Notes under the pieces: generated by a model
What the model saw: only the letters and a program-made list of their open reading frames with translations
The model's database searches: none
Told to the model about the DNA's origin: nothing
Translations under genes and position numbers: made by a program
Origin: Parcubacteria group bacterium
GTDB taxonomy: Bacteria > Patescibacteriota > Minisyncoccia > Phycocordibacterales > Phycocordibacteraceae
Length of the DNA: 64,000 nt
Direction of reading: 5' to 3'
Assembly: GCA_028286615.1 (NCBI GenBank)
Contig: JAQBRG010000004.1
Location: 36,480 to 100,479, forward strand
Shown here: positions 9,003 to 17,292 of the stretch, in pieces
Position numbering within the stretch: the first letter of the stretch is position 1
How the letters are laid out: every line of letters starts with the position of its first letter

Positions 9003-9412
9003 CGCATACAGACTCCAAAGAACTCAAGCGCGTGATCATCAATGCGAGAGAAGCCTGCCGCCTTACGCACCCTTTCGTCTAGTGACGAAGGCAGGCATGC
9101 GGCCACGTCGCGAATAGCATGACATTTTACACAAACGGCATGATGGTGGTGTGAACCAGCAAACTCAAAAAGAGCGCGGCCCTGCCCAAGATCAATACGT
9201 TTTACAAGTCCCTTCCCCGAGAACGCCATGAGCATGCGGTATGCCGTAGCCGTATCAAACGTACGCTTCCCTGCTTTTACCAGGTCTTCTACGGAAAGTG
9301 GATTCGTAGACGCAACAAGTGCTTTGAGTAAGGCTATGCGCTGCTCAGTCGCTCGCAGTCCAGCTTCGCGGAGCAATGGAACAATATCTGCTATCTCTTC
9401 GTTTCTCTTCAT
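8984..9412 (-). CDS. Fur-family transcriptional regulator (probable Zur)
   Basis: 142 aa with an HHHH...CVKC...CMRC metal-site pattern. Divergent from a ZIP zinc transporter gene. Confidence 0.75.
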   Translation of the reverse strand: MKRNEEIADIVPLLREAGLRATEQRIALLKALVASTNPLSVEDLVKAGKRTFDTATAYRMLMAFSGKGLVKRIDLGQGRALFEFAGSHHHHAVCVKCHAIRDVAACLPSSLDERVRKAAGFSRIDDHALEFFGVCMRCAKTL

Positions 9413-9454
9413 TTCTCCATAATACCTTCTCGCGCTTCTTTTTCCACATGCGAA

Positions 9455-9475
9455 CTATTTGCATCTAGGAAATAG
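9455..9475. promoter_or_regulatory. candidate Fur/Zur operator (ctattt-N9-aaatag inverted repeat) immediately upstream of zupT
   Basis: 6-bp perfect inverted repeat with a 9-bp spacer, in the zur-zupT divergent intergenic region. Confidence 0.25.
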
Positions 9476-9477
9476 CC

Positions 9478-10239
9478 GTGTATGCTTGGCGTATGAATCC
9501 TTACCTAATCTTACTCGTGGTGCTGGTGGCTGCGTGCGCTACGTTAATCGGTGGCCTCTTAGCCTTAAGACTTCGCGACCGCTTACATCTCATACTTGGC
9601 TTTTCGGCCGGTGCCATTCTTGCCGTCGCCTTCTTTGATCTATTACCTGAAGCACTCGAGTTAGGAGAAAACTTCTATAGCCCCAGCACCTTACTTACTG
9701 CCACAGCACTCGGTTTCTTCGCGTATGTGATTCTAGACCGCCTCATTCTTCTGCATACTCATAGCGATGAGGAGCAGTGTGAAGCGGGCGTACATAAGAA
9801 TTCGAAGCGTGGCATCTTTGGTGCCAGCAGCCTTTCAGGACACAGCTTCCTTGATGGTGTTGCAATAGGTCTAGCGTTCCAGGCGTCTCCGGCCATAGGT
9901 ATTGTCGTTGCGGCCGCAGTGCTCACCCACGACTTCTCTGACGGCATCAACACCGTAAACCTCGTACTCAAGAATGGCGGTACACGCATTCAGGCTCTTC
10001 GCTGGCTTGCAGTTGATTCCATAGCTCCAATTCTAGGAGCCATAACCACACTCTTCTTTACTCTTCCGGAAAACTATTTGTCGTTGCTGCTCGCCTGCTT
10101 CGCTGGATTCTTCCTCTACATTGGCGCCTCGGACCTTCTCCCTGAAAGTCACCATGCACACCCGAAACTACTCACCACCGTACTAACCCTTATCGGCGCA
10201 GGTACCTTGTATCTCGTTATACAACTAGCAGGTGTTTAA
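9478..10239 (+). CDS. zupT: ZIP-family zinc transporter
   Basis: Multiple TM helices with HSxLDG / HDFSDG metal-binding motifs typical of ZupT. Confidence 0.8.
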   Translation: MYAWRMNPYLILLVVLVAACATLIGGLLALRLRDRLHLILGFSAGAILAVAFFDLLPEALELGENFYSPSTLLTATALGFFAYVILDRLILLHTHSDEEQCEAGVHKNSKRGIFGASSLSGHSFLDGVAIGLAFQASPAIGIVVAAAVLTHDFSDGINTVNLVLKNGGTRIQALRWLAVDSIAPILGAITTLFFTLPENYLSLLLACFAGFFLYIGASDLLPESHHAHPKLLTTVLTLIGAGTLYLVIQLAGV

Positions 10240-10242
10240 GAA

Positions 10243-10268
10243 AAAGGCGGGGAATACCCGCCTTTTTC
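10243..10268. terminator. bidirectional terminator between zupT and the convergent gene
   Basis: aaaaaggcggg-gaatac-ccgccttttt. Confidence 0.6.
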
Positions 10269-10270
10269 TT

Positions 10271-10954
10271 TTACTGTGTCTGCAGTGTCCCCAGCATCTT
10301 TAGGAGTGCTTGATGTTCAGGCAAGTTCTCAACAACAAGGTTCGTATCGCTCCAGTTTGTTACGTCTCGCTCAAGAATCTCAAAGCGAAGCACGTCGTTT
10401 GCTCGTACAAGGAAGTACGCACTTACAACCTGTCCTTCAAAGCGCTCTATAACGGTACTTCTGAAAGTCTTGCCGTTAATAGTCTTTGATGTAAATCGAG
10501 AGAAGTCTTGTGCCTGCATGTCTGAAGGCTGGTATCGAGTGTTCTCGAGAATAATTGCATCTGCTGTCTTTCCAGCAGAAATTGGATAGCTGTAGACACT
10601 TATGTAATGCGGAACAGTTGATGCTCCTGGCTTCTGATAGAAGTCGAGCATATTCTCAACAAAACCGTCAGCTCCTGGTTCCTGTACACCCTTCACATAT
10701 CCCGCAGGAAGCGCAAAGGCGATGCCTGCGCTCGCAAGCTCCACATTCGGTGCTACACACGCTGCAAAGGCACAATTAGGTCCTGTGCGGCCAACTGACG
10801 TGCCGTCTGGGCAGATCTTTGCCTCAAGAGTACACGCAGTATCTCCCGTACCTGTGGCAGTTCCCTGCCCTGGGCGCTCAAGCATGTTGCGATAGAAGAA
10901 TGCGGCGACTCCGAGCACGAGAATAAGTACGGTGCCAGCAATAAGTTGTTTCAT
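10271..10954 (-). CDS. hypothetical membrane-anchored or secreted protein
   Basis: N-terminal TM/signal segment; no recognisable motifs. Confidence 0.45.
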   Translation of the reverse strand: MKQLIAGTVLILVLGVAAFFYRNMLERPGQGTATGTGDTACTLEAKICPDGTSVGRTGPNCAFAACVAPNVELASAGIAFALPAGYVKGVQEPGADGFVENMLDFYQKPGASTVPHYISVYSYPISAGKTADAIILENTRYQPSDMQAQDFSRFTSKTINGKTFRSTVIERFEGQVVSAYFLVRANDVLRFEILERDVTNWSDTNLVVENLPEHQALLKMLGTLQTQ

Positions 10955-10959
10955 AAATA

Positions 10960-11358
10960 TTAGTTAGGTTTTGCTTTAAGCGAATCTCGAATCTCTTCGA
11001 GTACTGCCAACTCGGCACTCTTTGCCTCGGGTGCAACTTCCTGTTGTTTGGCGCGGGCGTGTCGTTCTATACGATTTATAAAACGGATAACGAGGAAGAT
11101 TGCGAGAGCAATAATGATGAAATCGAGAACAGACTGTAGGAAGAGGCCGTACTTGATTTCAACAGTTCCCCCAAGATTAAGAACAAGGTCTTTGAAGTCT
11201 ATCTTCCCCATCAGAAGACCTAGGGGAGGTGTAATGATGTTGGTAACGAGCGAGTTCGTAATGTTGTTAAAGGCAGTACCGATAACCACACCGACTGCCA
11301 AATCAAGCACATTGCCTCGAAGGGCGAATTTCTTAAACTCTTCGAAAAAGGCTTTCAT
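10960..11358 (-). CDS. mscL: large-conductance mechanosensitive channel MscL
   Basis: MKAFFEEFKKFALRGNVLDLAVGVVIGTAF...PPLGLL matches the MscL N-terminus. The ORF-track start (11373) is probably 5 codons too long. Confidence 0.85.
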   Translation of the reverse strand: MKAFFEEFKKFALRGNVLDLAVGVVIGTAFNNITNSLVTNIITPPLGLLMGKIDFKDLVLNLGGTVEIKYGLFLQSVLDFIIIALAIFLVIRFINRIERHARAKQQEVAPEAKSAELAVLEEIRDSLKAKPN

Positions 11359-11426
11359 AGCTCTTATATACACCCAGAATACGTAAAAGCAAAAGGAGGA
11401 AGCCGAAGCCCCCTCCCTATCGCACC

Positions 11427-11990
11427 TTATGCAGCGCGCACCTCGCCCATTTTTAGGGTGTTACCCCTTCTCCACGTGCCATTTTCCCTGAGGAAGACAG
11501 TGAGATCACGGAAGACCATTTCGCCCTGAGGACATTCGATATCCTCAAGTGTCTTCAGAGCGCTTCTTGAGTGCCAGGATTTAATGTTGCGCGCTATGAC
11601 GATTCGCGGTCCTTTGATGCAGAGGTCTTGCTTTGGTACACCGATAAGCATGCCCAGGCTTTCGGTCAGATGCCTGCAGGTTTGTTTAACCAGATCGCCA
11701 TTGACAGACATCTCGATTGTCTCGGACTTCGCATCAAACCTTGGAGGCTCGATGTACGCGCTCACCGCATGCACTTCGAGACCAAGACGTTGAAGCCAGA
11801 CCCATACCCGACTGGCTCGTTCCAACACAGCTTGATACTTGGCCGTGATGAGCAGGTGCGGATCAACATTTGAATCGCACGTTTCTATGCCGTGCTTCTC
11901 TTGAAGAAGTCTTGTCGCTGTCTGATGGTAAAACAGCAGACACTGCGGCACCTCGAGTACCAGCTGCTGCGGATTACTGAATGTATTCAC
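11427..11990 (-). CDS. hypothetical protein (weak 2H-phosphoesterase/LigT-like resemblance)
   Basis: GTG start at 11990 preceded by AAGGGAGG. The longer ORF-track version (to 12176) overlaps tRNA-His and is rejected. Confidence 0.4.
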   Translation of the reverse strand: MNTFSNPQQLVLEVPQCLLFYHQTATRLLQEKHGIETCDSNVDPHLLITAKYQAVLERASRVWVWLQRLGLEVHAVSAYIEPPRFDAKSETIEMSVNGDLVKQTCRHLTESLGMLIGVPKQDLCIKGPRIVIARNIKSWHSRSALKTLEDIECPQGEMVFRDLTVFLRENGTWRRGNTLKMGEVRAA

Positions 11991-12055
11991 GAAAACCTCC
12001 CTTTTGTTCAACCTGAACAAAATGGTACTCCTTCTATTAAACGAATCAACTTTTG

Positions 12056-12128
12056 GGGCGGCTAGAGAGAATTGAACTCTCGATGCGGGTACCACAAACC
12101 CGAGTTTTACCACTAAACTATAGCCGCC
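12056..12128 (-). tRNA. tRNA-His (anticodon GTG), genomically encoded G-1:C73
   Basis: Hand-folded: G-1, acceptor GCGGCTA/TAGCCGC, D-arm GTTT/AAAC, anticodon stem CGGGT/ACCCG with loop TTGTGGT, T-arm GAGAG-TTCAATT-CTCTC, discriminator C. Confidence 0.8.
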
Positions 12129-12607
12129 ATGAATTTCGCACGTTCGCCCTCGTAATGGTGTACCAGAAAATGGCAATTATGACAAAGCCAAGCAAGATTC
12201 TCTAAGGCATTATTCTTTCTATTTTTATCTATGTGATGGACTGCCAGCACTCGAAAGTCTGTTGTGCTACATAATCGACAAGCTTTTACAGAGCCTGACC
12301 TTTTCATTGCGGCCCTGTACGCGCTTCCACCGTTCTTATAGTTCTTATGTTCCTTTCCTACATACAGTTGGTTTCTCCACTTTGTTTGACAGCTTTTACC
12401 GCAGAAATACTTTCCACTCTTTGAACGGTTCAATTCTCTTAACTGTTTATAAGTCACGGAGCCACAGATATCGCATGCAACTTCCTTGCCTTTCTTCTGG
12501 GCTTTGAATTGACAAGCTGTTGAGCAATATTTACCAAAACCCTTCTTAATCCATGAGGGCTTAGCGTAAAAAGATTCTGCGCATTGATTACAGGCGACAT
12601 TTGGCAA
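12113..12607 (-). CDS. HNH endonuclease with N-terminal Cys-rich zinc-ribbon region
   Basis: C-terminal AVHHIDKNRKNNALENLAWLCHNCHFLVHH (HNH motif). N-terminal repeated CxxC...CxxC modules. Its 3' end overlaps the 5' end of tRNA-His by about 16 nt. Confidence 0.7.
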   Translation of the reverse strand: MPNVACNQCAESFYAKPSWIKKGFGKYCSTACQFKAQKKGKEVACDICGSVTYKQLRELNRSKSGKYFCGKSCQTKWRNQLYVGKEHKNYKNGGSAYRAAMKRSGSVKACRLCSTTDFRVLAVHHIDKNRKNNALENLAWLCHNCHFLVHHYEGERAKFMAAIV

Positions 12608-12658
12608 GTCCCCATTATCTCAAAGCAAGCTCATGGAGCTGTTAATTATCGATAAGAT

Positions 12659-13228
12659 TTACCTGTAACTTGGGGACTCATCCTTCACACCTGCTTGGAA
12701 GTTAGCGAGCCTCGCTAAAGCAAACAAAAGCGAAGACAAACGATTGAGATATGCGCGGGTATTTGCTGAAACTATTCGTATTTCAAGATCGTGCACCGCA
12801 ACAACACGTCTCTCTGCTCTGCGTGCGAGCGTGCGCGCAACATCAAGCATCGCTGATATCTCAATTCCTCCAGCAATTGAGAACGAAGTTATAGGAGGAA
12901 TCTCTGCCTCAACTGCCGCAATTAGTGCTTCAACCTTTGTAACCTTCGCCTTCCCCACCTTCTTCGTAGCACCAGCAACTTCTGCCTGCACAATAAAAAG
13001 AGTTTCCTGCACTTCTCTAAGCACAACGGAAGCAAGTACAGATCGCTTTCCAATATGCACTTTTGTCTCTTCTCCGCTTCGTGCTCGCACTTTAGTTAGT
13101 CCCAAGAAAGAATTCAGCTCGTCCAAGGTGCCTAGAGCCTCAGGAAGTTCAGAGGATTTGGAAATACGCTTCTGGTCTACGCCAAATACTTTCGTTGTTC
13201 CCCCGTCTCCTTTGCCGGTATAAAGCAT
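12659..13228 (-). CDS. ATP:cob(I)alamin adenosyltransferase, PduO/MMAB type
   Basis: MLYTGKGDGGTT N-terminus plus the helical-bundle pattern typical of PduO-type transferases. Start taken at the internal Met (13228). Confidence 0.75.
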   Translation of the reverse strand: MLYTGKGDGGTTKVFGVDQKRISKSSELPEALGTLDELNSFLGLTKVRARSGEETKVHIGKRSVLASVVLREVQETLFIVQAEVAGATKKVGKAKVTKVEALIAAVEAEIPPITSFSIAGGIEISAMLDVARTLARRAERRVVAVHDLEIRIVSANTRAYLNRLSSLLFALARLANFQAGVKDESPSYR

Positions 13229-13244
13229 GCGCTCAGTGTACCAA

Positions 13245-13285
13245 AAAGGAGGAAGCCGTAACAAACGTTACGGCTTCCTCCTTTT
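13245..13285. terminator. bidirectional terminator (15-bp perfect stem) downstream of tRNA-Leu
   Basis: ggaggaagccgtaac-aaac-gttacggcttcctcc flanked by T-tracts on both strands. Confidence 0.6.
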
Positions 13286-13370
13286 TGGTGCCCGAGAGAG
13301 GACTTGAACCTCCACGCCTTGCGGCACATCCACCTCAAGGATGCTTGTCTACCAATTTCAACACCCGGGC
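13286..13370 (-). tRNA. tRNA-Leu (anticodon GAG), CCA encoded
   Basis: Hand-folded: acceptor GCCCGGG/CTCGGGC, anticodon stem CATCC/GGATG with loop TTGAGGT, long variable arm, T-arm GGAGG-TTCAAGT-CCTCT, then ACCA. Confidence 0.8.
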
Positions 13371-13395
13371 ATCTATATAGCTCTTACAAGAAAGG

Positions 13396-13425
13396 GCCCG
13401 CTTACTATAGCGGGCCCTTCTCGTA
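13396..13425 (-). terminator. terminator downstream of rplS
   Basis: aagggcccgc-ttactata-gcgggccctt with a T-rich tract on the minus strand. Confidence 0.55.
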
Positions 13426-13441
13426 TTTACAAATCCTGAGC

Positions 13442-13999
13442 TTATTCAGCTGGCTTCTCTTCGGTTGTCTCTTCTATTTCGACAATTTCAGGTGCACCCT
13501 CCTCTTCTTCTACTGGTGTCATCTCTTCGCCTGTTGGAATTTCCGTTGGGTCGTTCTCAATTACTTCTTCTACTGAGACTTCCTCAGGAACCTCTTCTTC
13601 CTTGAAATCGTCGGTTGAGACGTTCATCATGCGCATGTTGCGGAGCTGACGACGTACCTCACGGGCAACCTTCTCACGGATGAAGTAGAGCTTTGCGCGA
13701 CGGACCTTAGAACGACGTACGATTTCGATCTTATCAATAACTGGGGAATATAGGGGGAAGATCTTTTCTACACCGACACCAGACATCATGGCGCGTACGG
13801 TGAACGTAGCACCTGGCTCGGTGCCGTGCTTAACCGCTAGAACGAGACCTTCGAATACCTGAAGACGGGTCTTGCCCTTCTCTATAACCTTCTGGTGTAC
13901 ACGAACGGTGTCACCCGGACGGATGCCGAGTTTCGAGCGCTCATCGGTCTTCACCGGAGTAATAACATTGTGCGTTGACATTGAGCCGTACTCTACCAC
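13442..13999 (-). CDS. rplS: 50S ribosomal protein L19 with acidic C-terminal extension (about 60 aa)
   Basis: L19 core [31 protein letters not shown]...; extended glutamate-rich tail. Alternative start at MSTHNV (13981). Confidence 0.85.
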   Translation of the reverse strand: MVEYGSMSTHNVITPVKTDERSKLGIRPGDTVRVHQKVIEKGKTRLQVFEGLVLAVKHGTEPGATFTVRAMMSGVGVEKIFPLYSPVIDKIEIVRRSKVRRAKLYFIREKVAREVRRQLRNMRMMNVSTDDFKEEEVPEEVSVEEVIENDPTEIPTGEEMTPVEEEEGAPEIVEIEETTEEKPAE

Positions 14000-14007
14000 G
14001 CCTCGTT

Positions 14008-14745
14008 TTATGAGGCAACGAAAGCCTCGGTTCCGCTAAATCGGCTCATGGCCTCTTTAAGGTCTTCGGGCACTGGTGCTGAAATAAGCATGCGTTCTCC
14101 AGACATGAGCGGGACATCGAGACTATAGGAATGAAGGCCCAAGCGAGGGATACCCAAATCGCAGGGATGGTTAGGTGCGTAAAGAGCGTCGCATACCACA
14201 GGATGGTGTATTGCCTTAAGATGCACGCGAATCTGGTGAGTGCGGCCAGTCTCGGGCATAACCTTAACCAACGAGTGCGTTCCAATATCGTCAACAACTT
14301 CGTAGCGAGAAATAGCCTCCCGGAGCATGCCCTTGGCCTTTGGCTGAGCAGATCGGAGACGGAAATCCTTGCGTGAGCGTCCGATAGCAAATTCAATAAT
14401 TCCCTTCGGCTCCTTAAGCGTGCCGTACACAAATGCCAGGTAGGTCTTCTTTGCCTCTCGGTTTTGAAACGCTGCCTTGAGATGGAGATGTGCTTCCGGG
14501 GTCTTAGCGAGAATAAGTACCCCTGAGGTCTCACGATCGAGTCTGTGCACAATACCGGGACGGCGAATTTCCTCGCCTGTCTGTAGGCGTTGTGTCTCAC
14601 CCACCTCAGCAGAAGCTGGGTATTTTCTAGCAAACCAGTCACTCACGGTCTCTTCTGTAGAGTGTCCGTCTGGATGCGTCATGACGCCTGAGGGCTTTGC
14701 GATAGCCACCATATCAGCGTCTTCATAGATAACAGGAAGTTCCAT
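14008..14745 (-). CDS. RluA-family pseudouridine synthase
   Basis: [16 protein letters not shown] catalytic-Asp motif ... THQIRVHL. Confidence 0.85.
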   Translation of the reverse strand: MELPVIYEDADMVAIAKPSGVMTHPDGHSTEETVSDWFARKYPASAEVGETQRLQTGEEIRRPGIVHRLDRETSGVLILAKTPEAHLHLKAAFQNREAKKTYLAFVYGTLKEPKGIIEFAIGRSRKDFRLRSAQPKAKGMLREAISRYEVVDDIGTHSLVKVMPETGRTHQIRVHLKAIHHPVVCDALYAPNHPCDLGIPRLGLHSYSLDVPLMSGERMLISAPVPEDLKEAMSRFSGTEAFVAS

Positions 14746-14786
14746 ATACCTACCCTACAGCCCAAAAGCGGTATCGGCCAGTATTT

Positions 14787-15521
14787 CTATTTCCCCAGAC
14801 GTCGTTCGCGAGATGCAAAGTCTGTGAGAATGGAAGTGAATTCTTCTTTGGAGAAGTCCGGCCACTTGGTGTCGGTAAAGAAAAGTTCGCTGTATACGGA
14901 CTGCCAGGTTAAGAAATTAGAGAGGCGGTGCTCTCCTCCTGTACGAATAATTAAATCTGGGTCGAGGAGCCCTTCGCTCCACATGGCTTTCTTAAAATCA
15001 GCCTCGGTTACTTCTTTCCTCCCTTCTTGAAGAAGCTTATTTGTTGCAGCAAGAATCTCAGGACGCCCGCCATACGAGAACGCGATAATTAATGTGCCCG
15101 CTTCCCCACCAGCAGATTCTTTTTCGGCTTCTTCCATCTTGCTTCTAAGTTTTTCTTCAACCAAATCCCTGTCCCCGACGAAACGAATGCGTACCTCTTG
15201 TTCTCGAATGTCTTTTAAAAGGGTTTTGAATCCGGCATTGAAAAGCTCCATGAGGTACGCCACTTCTTCTGGAGCACGGTTCCAATTCTCAGTTGAGAAT
15301 GCATAGATAGTTACCTCCTTAATACCCGCATCTCGCGACCACTGCATTAATTCTCTCATCTTCTCAAAGCCCGCGCGGTGTCCCTCAAGACTTGGCAGAT
15401 TTCTTTCCTTAGCCCAGCGACGATTCCCGTCCATGATTACACCAATGGCCTGTGGAACGTTAGACATAGGAGATAACAAACTTCTTGAATTCTCCTGTTG
15501 CCGGAAGCCATATCTCTTCAA
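14787..15521 (-). CDS. uppS: undecaprenyl diphosphate synthase (isoprenyl transferase)
   Basis: GVIMDGNRRWAKE ... TIYAFSTENWNR ... RTGGEHRLSNF motifs. Start may be the internal Met at 15467. Confidence 0.85.
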   Translation of the reverse strand: MKRYGFRQQENSRSLLSPMSNVPQAIGVIMDGNRRWAKERNLPSLEGHRAGFEKMRELMQWSRDAGIKEVTIYAFSTENWNRAPEEVAYLMELFNAGFKTLLKDIREQEVRIRFVGDRDLVEEKLRSKMEEAEKESAGGEAGTLIIAFSYGGRPEILAATNKLLQEGRKEVTEADFKKAMWSEGLLDPDLIIRTGGEHRLSNFLTWQSVYSELFFTDTKWPDFSKEEFTSILTDFASRERRLGK

Positions 15522-15738
15522 CCTTCTCTACGTGTGCGAGAAGCGATCCTCTGTGAAGTTTGGCGAGATATTTCTCAAGTCTTTCTCGTGTTCCTTCAGC
15601 AACAACTAACACCCTGCCGTCCGGGAGATTCTGCACGGTGCCCGTTAGCTTAAGACCGCTCGCTTTTCTTTGGGCAAAGTCTCTATACATAACCATCTGC
15701 ACCCTTCCGTATATATACGCCTCGAGTCGTTCATTCAT
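15460..15738 (-). CDS. acyP: acylphosphatase
   Basis: YGRVQMVMYRDFAQRKASGLKLTGTVQNLPDGRVLVVAEG. Start taken at MNERLE (15738) because the longer ORF abuts tRNA-Val. Confidence 0.7.
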   Translation of the reverse strand: MNERLEAYIYGRVQMVMYRDFAQRKASGLKLTGTVQNLPDGRVLVVAEGTRERLEKYLAKLHRGSLLAHVEKVEEIWLPATGEFKKFVISYV

Positions 15739-15807
15739 AGAAAGGTATAGCGTACCTCGCAAGGGGCTCTTTAAAAAGTTTGAAAGATGCGGTATGGTTC
15801 TACCCAA

Positions 15808-15880
15808 GGGCGATTAGCTCAGTTGGTAGAGCGCTTCATTTACACTGAAGATGTCGGGGGTTCGAGCCCTCCATCGCCCA
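15808..15880 (+). tRNA. tRNA-Val (anticodon TAC)
   Basis: GGGCGAT acceptor, D-arm GCTC/GAGC, anticodon stem CTTCA/TGAAG with loop TTTACAC, T-loop TTCGAGC. No encoded CCA. Confidence 0.8.
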
Positions 15881-15887
15881 CACGAAA

Positions 15888-15922
15888 CAAAAACCGGCTG
15901 GTATACCAGCCGGTTTTTGTTT
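15888..15922. terminator. bidirectional terminator after tRNA-Val
   Basis: aaaaccggctgg-tata-ccagccggtttt. Confidence 0.6.
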
Positions 15923-15929
15923 ACCGTCC

Positions 15930-16367
15930 TTAGGACTTCTGCCTGACCTCTATCTTCTTTTCTTCAGCGTTCCAACCAACAAGGTTTGTGCAGAGCTGAA
16001 AAAGAGTCGCGAGTGCTGCGATAGAGAGCACGAGGACGATTGGCATAACCGCTTCACGGTTAAAGCAGTACCCTGCGTACGCAATAAAGCCAAACCAGAC
16101 TCCAGTGCACCATGGGCAGCCGAGGAGATCTTTCAGTGTTCCAACGAACGTACCCGAGCGGGCTGGCGCAATCCAATCACGAATGAACTCTGTGATGTGG
16201 TCGTAAGTAAAAAGACGAACCAAGCGGAAGGACGCGAGCGAAAGAAGGACAAGATCGGTCCATGAGATTTCAGTTCTAAGCAGACCGTTCATACCGAGGT
16301 ATCTAAACGTAGCAACTACGAGTCCGAGAAAGAACAACGAGAACAAAATGCTCCAGAAAGATTTCAT
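15930..16367 (-). CDS. DUF1360-like small membrane protein
   Basis: Multi-TM protein with a CPWCTGVW motif. Confidence 0.4.
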   Translation of the reverse strand: MKSFWSILFSLFFLGLVVATFRYLGMNGLLRTEISWTDLVLLSLASFRLVRLFTYDHITEFIRDWIAPARSGTFVGTLKDLLGCPWCTGVWFGFIAYAGYCFNREAVMPIVLVLSIAALATLFQLCTNLVGWNAEEKKIEVRQKS

Positions 16368-16438
16368 GTCAAAAGAGTATCACGATGGTGTCCTGCTCTA
16401 GTCTCGAACTGATTGGTAATTGAGAATTAGTCTCATAT

Positions 16439-16813
16439 TTATAGGCGCCGCCTGTCTCCTGGCAGCAAAGTGTAGTGCTGCGGGTTTGTCCAGATGAGAG
16501 CCCCTGCATCATCTCGTATTGCTTTTACATTATCGATCATCATGTCTACTGATGTGCCGTCCACAATCATACGTACAGCCTGGATAGAATCTTTAGAGTA
16601 ATTGGGAGTACCTTTCGAGGATTTGATGTAAGGGCCAGAGAGACGTCCTCTAGGGAAAACTAGGATATGAGGATTGCTCGAATCTCGTCTCCAGGTTCTC
16701 GCTGGTTTAGCCTCTGGATCAACAACCTCGATATTAAATGGTCCTTGATATTCAAAGTCTTCCCACGGCTCAAGCACCTTAGGTCCTCTTTCCATCATCC
16801 CTTCAGGTTTCAT
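16439..16813 (-). CDS. hypothetical protein
   Basis: 124-aa ORF with no recognised motif. Confidence 0.45.
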   Translation of the reverse strand: MKPEGMMERGPKVLEPWEDFEYQGPFNIEVVDPEAKPARTWRRDSSNPHILVFPRGRLSGPYIKSSKGTPNYSKDSIQAVRMIVDGTSVDMMIDNVKAIRDDAGALIWTNPQHYTLLPGDRRRL

Positions 16814-16821
16814 AGATAAAC

Positions 16822-16857
16822 CTTAGCACGCACAAATGGGCTAGCGTGTGCGTGCTA
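16822..16857. repeat. 12-bp perfect inverted repeat (ttagcacgcaca ... tgtgcgtgctaa) between tRNA-Arg(TCT) and the downstream gene
   Basis: Seen directly in the sequence. No T-tract follows, so it is not a canonical terminator. Confidence 0.5.
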
Positions 16858-16890
16858 ACAATGCGCCCGCCCTCTTGAATTAGCACTCGG

Positions 16891-16966
16891 TGGTGCCCCC
16901 ACCAGGAATCGAACCTAGATCGACGGCTTAGAAGTCCGCAGCTTTATCCATTAAGCTATGAGGGCC
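16891..16966 (-). tRNA. tRNA-Arg (anticodon TCT), CCA encoded
   Basis: T-arm CTAGG-TTCGATT-CCTGG, anticodon loop CTTCTAA, then ACCA. The anticodon stem has one non-canonical A:G pair, and the acceptor needs either a G:G mismatch or a one-nt register shift. Needs tRNAscan confirmation. Confidence 0.65.
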
Positions 16967-16974
16967 TGTATACC

Positions 16975-17292
16975 TTAGCTGCCTCCCTTCGAAGGGTCAA
17001 CGAAGCGGTATTCGTTCTTATATCGGAGTTCCTCCTTGAGACGTCCCCTGAACGTAGTGCTGGCAACCTCAAGGGAGGATGCAGTTTCAAGTACTGGAGC
17101 AGTTGCTGCATCGTTTCCTACAACCTCTCCCTGCCCTATACGTATAAACTGCCATGCGTTCCAGAGAGCACTGGCAAGCAACAAGACGCCGGCCGCTGCC
17201 AGCAGCCATGACCAGTCACGTGAAGGTCGTAGTCGTGCGCCATAACGCAGGCGACTAAAGAAATCTGTGAGCTTTGAGATTAAAGGCTTCAT
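16975..17292 (-). CDS. small membrane protein in the pil cluster (possible PilP-like)
   Basis: Start at MKPLISK immediately after the PilO-like stop; single TM segment. Confidence 0.35.
   Translation of the reverse strand: MKPLISKLTDFFSRLRYGARLRPSRDWSWLLAAAGVLLLASALWNAWQFIRIGQGEVVGNDAATAPVLETASSLEVASTTFRGRLKEELRYKNEYRFVDPSKGGS

Noticed and set aside
11427-12176. Full-length 249-aa ORF as annotated in the track
   Set aside because: It runs through tRNA-His on the same strand. A shorter GTG-initiated CDS with a strong SD lies downstream of the tRNA.
16891-16966. Interpreting the extra 5' G of tRNA-Arg(TCT) as a His-like G-1
   Set aside because: The anticodon is clearly TCT. The acceptor-stem register ambiguity is better explained by a G:U-containing 7-bp stem, and software folding is needed to settle it.
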